A stretch of 42,462 nucleotides of DNA from a virus (Duplodnaviria; Caudoviricetes): the IMG/VR virus record IMGVR_UViG_3300007508_000012, positions 1 through 42,462 of that record. The stretch is one strand, 5' to 3'. Of the stretch, positions 1 through 8,146 are shown in pieces. The notes under the pieces are model-generated. The model worked only from the letters and a program-made list of their open reading frames with translations, made no database searches and was not told the DNA's origin. Made by a program: the position numbers and the translations under genes. How positions within the stretch are numbered: the first letter of the stretch is position 1; each line of letters opens with the position of its first letter.

Positions 1-795
1 AAGTTCAGAAACACTAGAAATATTAACTCCCCCTGAAACATCACGTACCGATAATGAAGGTGGAAGCGATTCCCAAGAAGTTGTAGTACCATTTGTAGAT
101 AAAAATTTTCCAGAGTTACCCGTTTGTGCAGGCAACCCTCCACCGCTGGTAGCAAATGTATGACCTGTATGGCCAGAGATATTAGATGCAGTAAATGTTT
201 TATTAGCCGCATCATACTCAACAGTTACCTCATGAAAGTGACTGGCAGCAGTGCTTGAATGGACTGCAATATTCCCGCCATCTTTAATAAGATTATAAGC
301 TTGTGGACCCGATAATGAAACAGAATGTACGTGTCCATTAAAATCTGTGAGCTGGAAAACTTCTCCCCCAGAGAATAGTACTCCGTTCTGATAGAGATTT
401 CCTGTGATATTAATACTACCACCGACAGTGAGTTTATATGTAGGATCTACAGCAGTATCAATAGCAATACTATTGAAGTGACCAATATTCCATTGTTGAG
501 TAGTAGAACCTAGATTAAATGTATCTGTCGTGTTTGGTATTAGATTAGAATTGATATCTGCACCAAATACAACATTATCTGTATCTGCATCGCCCAGAGT
601 AATATTACCATCTGCAGTAATATCTCCAGATGCGTGAATATCACCATTTACGGTGAGTGTATGAGTAATGTTTGATGTGCCGATACCAACTGATACGCTG
701 GCGTCAGTGATTATATTACCGTTTGACGGATCTACTAATAATGCACCATCTTTTACATCAAGACCGTGCTTAATCTTGAACGCTTTATTTGCCAT
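1..795 (-). CDS. Tail fibre/adhesin-like structural protein, 3'-truncated by the window edge (>=265 aa; not in the supplied ORF track)
   Basis: ATG at 795-793 preceded by GGAGG/AGGA; read by hand as MANKAFKIKHGLDVKDG...TLGDADTDNVVFGADINSNLIPNTTDTFNLGSTTQQW...GHVH...HFH...LPAQTGNSGKFLSTNGTTTSW... and open at base 1. Shares a module with the 2354-aa fibre. Confidence 0.85.
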   Translation of the reverse strand, partial: MANKAFKIKHGLDVKDGALLVDPSNGNIITDASVSVGIGTSNITHTLTVNGDIHASGDITADGNITLGDADTDNVVFGADINSNLIPNTTDTFNLGSTTQQWNIGHFNSIAIDTAVDPTYKLTVGGSINITGNLYQNGVLFSGGEVFQLTDFNGHVHSVSLSGPQAYNLIKDGGNIAVHSSTAASHFHEVTVEYDAANKTFTASNISGHTGHTFATSGGGLPAQTGNSGKFLSTNGTTTSWESLPPSLSVRDVSGGVNISSVSEL

Positions 796-833
796 CGCTT
801 CCTAACCTCCACAATTGGCTATTGAATTTTTAT

Positions 834-846
834 GGGGATAATCCCC
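834..846. other. Short GC-rich hairpin in the intergenic gap
   Basis: GGGGA-TAA-TCCCC (5-bp stem) in an AT-rich gap. No U-tract follows on the coding strand, so it is not a canonical terminator. Confidence 0.35.
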
Positions 847-853
847 TCTTATA

Positions 854-1153
854 CTATTCCAAAATAAATGCCTTAGATACTGGAGCCTCCTTCTGTGCAT
901 TAATTTGATTAGTTAAAACATCATCCCAATTATTATCATTTTTAGTACTTTCGGCAATTGCTAATACTTCTTCTTGTGTATATGCATCAAGTTCCTTCCG
1001 GTCATCTTCTGCAACCAATACCTCCATATCAATATATGCTCCATATGTCTTATCACCATCAACTTCAGTTGCTGATAAACCAACTACCCACGATATTACC
1101 TTACCCGATTGTTCTTTTGATTCTACTCTAGACCAATTATAATCAATAGCCAT
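854..1153 (-). CDS. Small acidic fibre-associated protein (putative tail fibre chaperone/adaptor)
   Basis: 99 aa, AGGAG Shine-Dalgarno, directly follows a fibre gene. Function inferred from position and size only. Confidence 0.5.
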   Translation of the reverse strand: MAIDYNWSRVESKEQSGKVISWVVGLSATEVDGDKTYGAYIDMEVLVAEDDRKELDAYTQEEVLAIAESTKNDNNWDDVLTNQINAQKEAPVSKAFILE

Positions 1154-1162
1154 TTATTTCTC

Positions 1163-3337
1163 CTAAACTTTAATAGATGTTTTCGTTAATTTCAGTTTTG
1201 AATTATCTTCAGTTGCTACACATTTCAGTTCTACATTTCCTGCAGCCACTGCAACACTATATGATGCGATTATATCAGATCCAGTATGAATCAATCCATA
1301 CTCAGATACAAAAGCATCAAGATCATTATGAATAACTATCAACTCAGATGTTTGATATTCACTTCCTGAAGCATTCTTTACTTGTACTAAGTATTTAGTT
1401 GATCTGGTATCTGTAATAGCAAAAGAATCTACAACACTTTCAACAATTCCTACTGTTTGTTCTGTAGGATCATATGTTTCGTGTTGAGATGAGATAATTG
1501 ATCCATCAACTCGTAAATTACCGACAATATGTACTTTTTCAGTAGGAACATCAATTCCAACACCAACATTACCGTTAGCTTTAATCGTAGCAGCTTGAGT
1601 TCCTGCTGTCTTAAATGATATATCTGTATCAGATCCTAGTACTGTATCACCATTAGTATTAAATCTTAACTCTGAATTTGTGTTTAGATATACACCATAT
1701 CCAGAATCTACTTTAATATTACCACTATTAATGTCTAATTTTGCATTAGGATTTGTTTTACCTAGTCCAACGTTTCCACCATCTGCAACATATAGTACAG
1801 ATGTTCCATTATCTTGAACATCTAATATTCCATTAACACCAGTCTGATTAATCGTTGTTGCAACTGATGTTCCAGTATTAGTGATAGATAATACATCAGT
1901 GGTTTGATCAACAACATCAACTGCTGTAATTGTTCCTTGTACTGTTAAGTCTCCAGCAACTGCTACATCACCAGCAAAATTTGATGTTCCAGTAGCTGAT
2001 ACATTGATATCTTTATCAATATTTAATTTTGATGTAGCAACAGTATAATTAATTGTAGCTTGCGCTCCACCGAATGTGTCTCCAATAGTGATAGATCCAC
2101 CATCAACTTTTACATTTCCTTTCGTGTGGAATATTTCATCTGGAGCGGGGACACCTATACCTAGTTTATTATGTACATATACATTACCAGAAGAGTCAAC
2201 TTTAAATCTATCAACACTATTCGTATTGAGTACAAACGTATCAGATAGTGATTTAGTTACAATTATATTTGTCTGTAATTCTGTTCCTACTACAACACTA
2301 GTATCTGTTTGAATACTTTGTGTGGAATGAATATTACCCGCAACATCAAGTTTTGTTGTAGGATTTTCTACACCAATTCCAACATATCCAGATGATGTGA
2401 TTTTAAATTTCTCTGATGTAGTATCACCCCAAACAAACGCAGTTGATGCACTACTAGTTGTCAATTTGAATTCTAAATTATTCTCTAGATTAATTGATAC
2501 TAATGCTGTTGAATTTTCAAGTTTTAATAGTGCTGATGGGATTGTTGTATTATCTTTAACGTGTAAAGAAGCATTAGGATTAATATTACCGATTCCACAA
2601 TTACCACCTGATGTAACTGTGAAGTGTTCTGTTCCATTAGTCTTTATACCACATTTATTTGTACCAGTTACATCAACAATAAAGTCTGTTCCACTACTTA
2701 CACAAGAACCAGCTTTGAAATCAGTGATTGGTCCAGTAGATTCTTGACAGCGTGTATATCCATCATAGATATGTACACTTGTTGCTGGTATATCAATACC
2801 GATTCCACAATTACCTGCATTATCAACTACTATCGCATTATTACCACCAGTAGAAATATTGATTTGATTTGATGCATTAATTGTTATAATTGATGAAGTT
2901 GCATTAGAAGATATTGATGCTGCTGTACCATTAAATAGTATGTCGCTGTCAGCAGATAGTTTGATATTACCATCAACTTCAAACTTCTCTGTTGGCGCAT
3001 CAATTCCAACACCAAGATTACCTGTAGTAGTGATAACACATTGTTGTGTACCACTAGTGTAGAATGATAACTGATCTTCATCACTACCAGGTGATGATTC
3101 TGGAATAATTTTTGTGTCTAAATCAACATCACTTAATGAGCTGATTGGTTGCCAGTCAGTCCCATTAAAACCCTCAAATGATGCAAGAGTTGTATTATAT
3201 CTAATAGCACCTTGAGCGGGAGTAGCATTTCTTTCAGCAGTGGATCCTACAGGAACGATTAAAGAATCAGTTCCCTGAATATCTACTTCTGATCTAGGTG
3301 CGCTTCTTCCGAATGCTACATTTGATAAAATTTTCAC
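1163..3337 (-). CDS. Tail fibre/adhesin-like virion protein with GxVGIGxxxP repeats
   Basis: 724 aa, GTG start with GAGGA SD and upstream late promoter. About 7 copies of G(N/Y)(V/C/L)G(I/V/L)GxxxPxxK(L/V)xV, an N-terminal VPVGSTAER...GAIRYN module and a C-terminal KYLVQV...SELIVIH...SEYG domain. Confidence 0.8.
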   Translation of the reverse strand: MKILSNVAFGRSAPRSEVDIQGTDSLIVPVGSTAERNATPAQGAIRYNTTLASFEGFNGTDWQPISSLSDVDLDTKIIPESSPGSDEDQLSFYTSGTQQCVITTTGNLGVGIDAPTEKFEVDGNIKLSADSDILFNGTAASISSNATSSIITINASNQINISTGGNNAIVVDNAGNCGIGIDIPATSVHIYDGYTRCQESTGPITDFKAGSCVSSGTDFIVDVTGTNKCGIKTNGTEHFTVTSGGNCGIGNINPNASLHVKDNTTIPSALLKLENSTALVSINLENNLEFKLTTSSASTAFVWGDTTSEKFKITSSGYVGIGVENPTTKLDVAGNIHSTQSIQTDTSVVVGTELQTNIIVTKSLSDTFVLNTNSVDRFKVDSSGNVYVHNKLGIGVPAPDEIFHTKGNVKVDGGSITIGDTFGGAQATINYTVATSKLNIDKDINVSATGTSNFAGDVAVAGDLTVQGTITAVDVVDQTTDVLSITNTGTSVATTINQTGVNGILDVQDNGTSVLYVADGGNVGLGKTNPNAKLDINSGNIKVDSGYGVYLNTNSELRFNTNGDTVLGSDTDISFKTAGTQAATIKANGNVGVGIDVPTEKVHIVGNLRVDGSIISSQHETYDPTEQTVGIVESVVDSFAITDTRSTKYLVQVKNASGSEYQTSELIVIHNDLDAFVSEYGLIHTGSDIIASYSVAVAAGNVELKCVATEDNSKLKLTKTSIKV

Positions 3338-3366
3338 TGATAATGTTCCTCGTATATTCCTCTAAA

Positions 3367-3374
3367 TATTTATA
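3367..3374 (-). promoter_or_regulatory. T4-type late promoter (TATAAATA)
   Basis: Exact gp55-sigma consensus on the - strand, intergenic, 30 nt upstream of the GTG at 3337. Confidence 0.8.
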
Positions 3375-3391
3375 GTGTATGTCAAGAAACA

Positions 3392-4099
3392 TTATTTTAA
3401 TTTTTCAAATTGCTCAACATCTATAATGTCTTTACTTAAAGATAAATATCTTACTAACCATCTTCCCTTTGGAGCTGTTGTCTGTTCACCATTTATAAAT
3501 GCTTTAACTCTAACTACTTGATTGTTTTCATCACCATCAACAATCTCAATTTTTAAGTCTGAATCTTGTTGTATCTCAATTTTTGATGATGTTAAGTCAT
3601 TAAACTTCATATCAACATTTTTGCCCATATTCTTAACATACATATCACTATTAGTATTCACTAAATTTTCATATTCATCTATAATCTTGATTGAGAAATT
3701 AAATTCTCCATCTGATGAAATATAAGAATCTGACATGTCATTGTATACAACACCTGCTTTAGCTTGTATATCTAACTTAATCAATCCAATGGTTTCGCTA
3801 TCTTCATTCCAAGTTGGCCACGCATCTAACCTTGATGTGTCAGCATATTTAAGTCTTTCGAAAGACTGTGCATCAATCTTACCTAAGTATAAACACTCAC
3901 CATCTTCTGAATTAGCATCTTCAAATTCAAATGGCATTGAAATAAATCCAATAATTAGTTTACTTATTGGATTGTATATGATAGAATAATAGTTATTAGG
4001 TGAATAAGTTTCATTTAAGTTTTGTGGCTCACCACGAATATCATCCTCAATCATCTTGAGAATATGTCTTTCTAGTGCATTTTCATATATTTTTAACAT
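3392..4099 (-). CDS. Hypothetical acidic protein following a fibre gene
   Basis: 235 aa, AGGAG SD overlapping the upstream stop. No motif recognised. Confidence 0.6.
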   Translation of the reverse strand: MLKIYENALERHILKMIEDDIRGEPQNLNETYSPNNYYSIIYNPISKLIIGFISMPFEFEDANSEDGECLYLGKIDAQSFERLKYADTSRLDAWPTWNEDSETIGLIKLDIQAKAGVVYNDMSDSYISSDGEFNFSIKIIDEYENLVNTNSDMYVKNMGKNVDMKFNDLTSSKIEIQQDSDLKIEIVDGDENNQVVRVKAFINGEQTTAPKGRWLVRYLSLSKDIIDVEQFEKLK

Positions 4100-4108
4100 T
4101 GCAACTCC

Positions 4109-5731
4109 TTACATTTTCCATCCGATGACTGAAACAGATACAGCACTCTGAGAGTACATTCTATAGTTACCACTTTCAGAAAAGTTGATTGTCCACGCAT
4201 TATTACTATTTCTTGTTGTAGAAACTGTTATAGATGTTGCCGCACCACCATATGATTTCTTCCAAAGATATGATCCTCGTAAAGCTGCACTACACTTAAA
4301 TGTCCATCCAGTAGTATTTGTAACACCAAGAATAGAACTAGGTGTTATAGATAATGTCGTATTTTGTTTCCATCCAGAGATATCATAATTCTCAAACTTG
4401 ATATCTTCCACTTGTCCAGTTGGTTTATTCTTAATTTTATTCCAATCGATTTTAGCATCTGATTCAATGATAGTAGAACCATTTACTGTCACAGTATCAG
4501 CTTCCATATCACCAACAATATCAACACCATCACCAAGAGTTTCAAATTTCTTGATACCATTATGATAAAGTCTAACACCAGAATTATCTCTGCCCTGGAA
4601 TGCTATATCACCTGATGATGTGAATATTTCTATTGTTCTAGTACCACCATCATTATGACCTCTAATGAGACCACGATTAATACCATTCTCAGTAAAATTA
4701 AGACCTGGATCAGATCCAGTACTATTTAATTCAACATATCCAGTAGTATTAGATGGCTTTAATGAAGCACTACTAAATACCAATTCTCCAATTGAAGAAA
4801 GACTAACATTTGATATATAATGACCATTGAATGAAACTGTTCCATTAATAGCAGTTCCAGATGAGTTTACATAGTTATCCCAGAAAATTGTAGATGGATG
4901 CGTGTGATTACCCCAAGCAACTCCCGAATTTCCAGTACCACTCATATTCTTTGTGGCAGCATCTCCAAGACCTAGCGAAGTCCGTGCTGTTGCACCACCT
5001 TCTGTAGTCCACGTAGTTCCGTTTCCAACAACAAATTGACCATCTCCAGCATTGGTTGATAGTACATCTAAATGTGTACTATACGCTTGAACATCACTTC
5101 CGATAACTAACCCTAATCTTGATCTAGCATCACTACCAATTGATGTGGTCCACGTAGTTCCATCTGCAACAATAAATCCATTATTTAATTTTGGTAAAGT
5201 ATCAATCTTATCAATGTGGGAAGAGAATGCGTGAATATCAACACCATATGTACAACCAATAGTGGCTCTAAATGTTGCATTCTTTTCGTTTGTCCAAGTA
5301 CCATTTTTAAATACTAGTATATCACCATCAGTTGATGAATCTGATTTTGTTGAGATTTGAGTCAACCCCCAATGAAGGGGTTGAGCATCAATTGTAGATC
5401 TAACTTGAGAAGGTGTTTGTACTGCCCATTGAGTACCGTCAGATACAATAAAATTACCTAATGCTTTATCTAATGTAGAGATCGTATAAAGATCGTCATC
5501 ATATTGTTGAACATCAGTACCAATAACGACACCGAGAGCAATTCGTGCCGCTTCAGTAGTTGCTCCACCAGTTCCTCCAGATGATACTGGAATTGGAGAT
5601 GATAATCCTTGAATCGTTCCCCCAGTGATATCAACATTTGTAGTAATTTTATTTTGTGTCTGTGTAGATAATTTCGTCCAAGTGACCGAATTCTCTTCCA
5701 GAACTTTTGTCGTTACCTTTTGTATAGGCAT
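4109..5731 (-). CDS. Tail fibre protein
   Basis: 540 aa, AAGGAG SD. PVSSGGTGG..AARxxLG motif, ~4 tandem GxF(I/V)VxDGxxW...RxxLGxxIGxDVQAY repeats, a WGNHTH motif and a distinct C-terminal beta-rich domain. Confidence 0.8.
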   Translation of the reverse strand: MPIQKVTTKVLEENSVTWTKLSTQTQNKITTNVDITGGTIQGLSSPIPVSSGGTGGATTEAARIALGVVIGTDVQQYDDDLYTISTLDKALGNFIVSDGTQWAVQTPSQVRSTIDAQPLHWGLTQISTKSDSSTDGDILVFKNGTWTNEKNATFRATIGCTYGVDIHAFSSHIDKIDTLPKLNNGFIVADGTTWTTSIGSDARSRLGLVIGSDVQAYSTHLDVLSTNAGDGQFVVGNGTTWTTEGGATARTSLGLGDAATKNMSGTGNSGVAWGNHTHPSTIFWDNYVNSSGTAINGTVSFNGHYISNVSLSSIGELVFSSASLKPSNTTGYVELNSTGSDPGLNFTENGINRGLIRGHNDGGTRTIEIFTSSGDIAFQGRDNSGVRLYHNGIKKFETLGDGVDIVGDMEADTVTVNGSTIIESDAKIDWNKIKNKPTGQVEDIKFENYDISGWKQNTTLSITPSSILGVTNTTGWTFKCSAALRGSYLWKKSYGGAATSITVSTTRNSNNAWTINFSESGNYRMYSQSAVSVSVIGWKM

Positions 5732-5784
5732 ATTAACTCCTTCCTAATTTAAGATATCCTCCCATAGAATATCCTATAGAAGCT

Positions 5785-5818
5785 AACAAAGAGTGAAGCA
5801 TAGTGCTTCACCCTTGTT
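5785..5818 (-). terminator. Probable intrinsic terminator after the 551-aa gene
   Basis: On the - strand: GTGAAGCA-CTA-TGCTTCAC (perfect 8-bp stem, extendable with G:U pairs) followed by TCTTTGTT, just after a tandem TAA TAA. Confidence 0.65.
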
Positions 5819-5825
5819 ACACTTA

Positions 5826-7481
5826 TTAACCAATTATAGTTACTACATATTCACCAACTGCAGGAGCTGATGCAAATTCAAATGTTACTGCATTTGTACC
5901 AAACGCTGCATCTACATACACTTGAGCATATGGAGCATTTGCTTCTCTAATAGTACAAGTAACATCTCTTGTGTTCAAGTTATGAGTTACTGAAATTGAA
6001 GTTGCTGTACCATCACCAATAGTAGATGTAATCTTGTTTGTTAATTGTGCAGTAATAAATTGAGCTGTGTCAATCTCACCACCAGTAGTTGTCCATCTAT
6101 TCGCTGTTTCGTCATATTCTAAAATTGCATCTTGTCTAGTAACATCGTTGCCACCAAAACGCTTGATAGAAATACCACCATTAGTGTTAGATAAATGAGC
6201 AGTATTATCATCATTCAATAGAATGTTATTATCACCTACATTTACTGTAGTTGAATCAACTTGAGTAGTAGTACCCTTAACTGTTAAGTCACCCCAAACA
6301 GTAATGTTCTTTGAAGTACCGCCACCAAACGTAGTAGAATCACCAACTGTTAAGTGACCATCAATCTGCGCATCACCACGAATTGTAGTTGTATGTGATG
6401 GAGATGCTAATGAAACTGTTTGTGCAACATCAAGTTCACCATTAAGATCTGAATCACCAGCAACATTCAATGATGTATTAAGATTTACTGAATCAGTAGC
6501 AGATGAAATACCAACCGTTAAGTCTTTCTTAACAACTAAACTAGTTGGAGTTGCATTAGAACCAATAGTTGTGTCACCATAGATTGTAGTAGTACCAGTA
6601 GAAGTATTTAATTCAACTGTACCAGATACATCCATATTACCATTATGATCGATTCCAGCATTAACAGTTACAGTGTCTGAGAACGTTGCTGCCTCGTCAA
6701 CTTGTAGTGTACCACGAACTGTTGTAGCTACACCAGATGCTGCTAATTTAACAACTTCAGAAACGTCTAATTCGCCATTAAGATCAATACCACCACTTGC
6801 ACCTGAATTATCAACAGTAAGTTTTCCGTCAATCGCAATGTTTCTAATACGTTTACCAACTGCACCAGTCAAGTCGTGATTTGCATCAACAACTATAGCA
6901 CCACCAGATAGTTTACCAGCCCCTAGATCGTATACTTCAACTTCACCACGAACTACAGTATCTAATGTGTTAATCTCTTCAGCAGACGGAAGTACTACAT
7001 TATTATCAATGTAGAGTTTCTCCATAGTAATAAACAACTTCTTATTTGAATGAAGTGTTGTATCACCATTTAATGAGACTGCACCCGTACCAGTACTAAA
7101 TGTGTTAATTCCGTCAACTTCAACTGAACTATCAAGTAAGATTTTAGTCGCTGCTTCAATCTCAAATACTGCACTATCAGTAATCTTGCCACCAGTAGCA
7201 CTATTAGATTGTACTGTAGTTCCGTGTGTAAACGTATTATCCTGATCTAATGTAATATTCTCGTGGAATTGTACATTAGCGTTTAGTTCAACATCTACAA
7301 GATTATCGAACGGGTTTGTAATATCTGACCATCTAGTTCCGTTATATACCCAAATGCCATGATCTTGACTATTATAGTAGATCTGACCTTCGACTGGGGT
7401 TGATGGAGCAGATGCCAAAAAATGAACTCTTGCATTCTGCAATTCGTTCTTATTTAGATCTATATTGTTTAAAAATAACAT
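5826..7481 (-). CDS. Fibre-like virion protein with C-terminal HNL-type adaptor domain
   Basis: 551 aa, AAGGAG SD. N-terminal MLFLNNIDLNKNELQNA...PVEGQIYYN, beta-repeat stalk, GDLTVKGTTT...DNNILLN module shared with the 2354-aa fibre, C-terminal IGDG...VTHNLNTRDV...FASAP...YVVTIIG. Confidence 0.75.
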   Translation of the reverse strand: MLFLNNIDLNKNELQNARVHFLASAPSTPVEGQIYYNSQDHGIWVYNGTRWSDITNPFDNLVDVELNANVQFHENITLDQDNTFTHGTTVQSNSATGGKITDSAVFEIEAATKILLDSSVEVDGINTFSTGTGAVSLNGDTTLHSNKKLFITMEKLYIDNNVVLPSAEEINTLDTVVRGEVEVYDLGAGKLSGGAIVVDANHDLTGAVGKRIRNIAIDGKLTVDNSGASGGIDLNGELDVSEVVKLAASGVATTVRGTLQVDEAATFSDTVTVNAGIDHNGNMDVSGTVELNTSTGTTTIYGDTTIGSNATPTSLVVKKDLTVGISSATDSVNLNTSLNVAGDSDLNGELDVAQTVSLASPSHTTTIRGDAQIDGHLTVGDSTTFGGGTSKNITVWGDLTVKGTTTQVDSTTVNVGDNNILLNDDNTAHLSNTNGGISIKRFGGNDVTRQDAILEYDETANRWTTTGGEIDTAQFITAQLTNKITSTIGDGTATSISVTHNLNTRDVTCTIREANAPYAQVYVDAAFGTNAVTFEFASAPAVGEYVVTIIG

Positions 7482-7491
7482 TTTGCTCTCC

Positions 7492-7776
7492 TTAATTTAA
7501 ATATGCTTTCCCACCAAACGGATCTTTAAATCTAACAATTAATCTGTCTGATGTTATATATTGTACATCTCCAATCACCCAGTTTCCACCACTATCAACA
7601 CACATAACTGATGGATATTTATCTAGTTGATGCTCAATATCCCATTCGGTGGACGCTGCGGCCTGAGTAAAAATAAACGATTGTGACAGTGGTCCTGGTG
7701 GACCTTGTTTACCAACCTCAATAATATACGTTGGGTCCGGTTTTACAATTACTGTAATCTGCTCATTAGTCGCCAT
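7492..7776 (-). CDS. Small virion adaptor-like protein (WxIxHxLxxxPxV domain)
   Basis: 94 aa. A short collagen-like QGPPGP is followed by FTQAAASTEWDIEHQLDKYPSVMCVD, similar to the C-terminal domain of the downstream gene. Confidence 0.6.
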   Translation of the reverse strand: MATNEQITVIVKPDPTYIIEVGKQGPPGPLSQSFIFTQAAASTEWDIEHQLDKYPSVMCVDSGGNWVIGDVQYITSDRLIVRFKDPFGGKAYLN

Positions 7777-7798
7777 TATCGTATTCCAACTTTATTAA

Positions 7799-7806
7799 TA
7801 TTTATA
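7799..7806 (-). promoter_or_regulatory. T4-type late promoter (TATAAATA)
   Basis: Exact consensus overlapping the stop codon of the 114-aa gene, 23 nt upstream of the ATG at 7776. Confidence 0.7.
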
Positions 7807-8146
7807 TCTTAGTGATTTCTGGATTTAGTCTAACGCTACCCTGTAGCACACGTTTTCTATCACCAGAGGCGAATTCAATTTCCACATCATACAAAGCACT
7901 TGAAAAATTCAAATCCGATGTTTGATTATGAGTTAATGATATGATTACAATTCCGTCTGAAACTGGAGATGGAATTTCTGTAGTAAAATCTACGAGAGCA
8001 TTTTTAGATCTCGGTGATTTTCTTATTTGTGAATATGCAGAGGCACCAGCTAGACTCATTGGAGATCCGTCCGGTTGTTTTAACTCAATCTGAACTCTAA
8101 ATTGAGAACCCTGTTCAATTTCAAGATCATATGTTTGAGCTGTCAT
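7802..8146 (-). CDS. BppU-like Ig-fold baseplate/fibre adaptor protein
   Basis: 114 aa with YDLEIEQG..F...LxG...SQIRK...G.V.ISLT..QT..L....YDVEI.....RVLQG.V..PEIT. Coupled to the upstream fibre by a TAATG overlap at 8146. Confidence 0.65.
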   Translation of the reverse strand: MTAQTYDLEIEQGSQFRVQIELKQPDGSPMSLAGASAYSQIRKSPRSKNALVDFTTEIPSPVSDGIVIISLTHNQTSDLNFSSALYDVEIEFASGDRKRVLQGSVRLNPEITKI

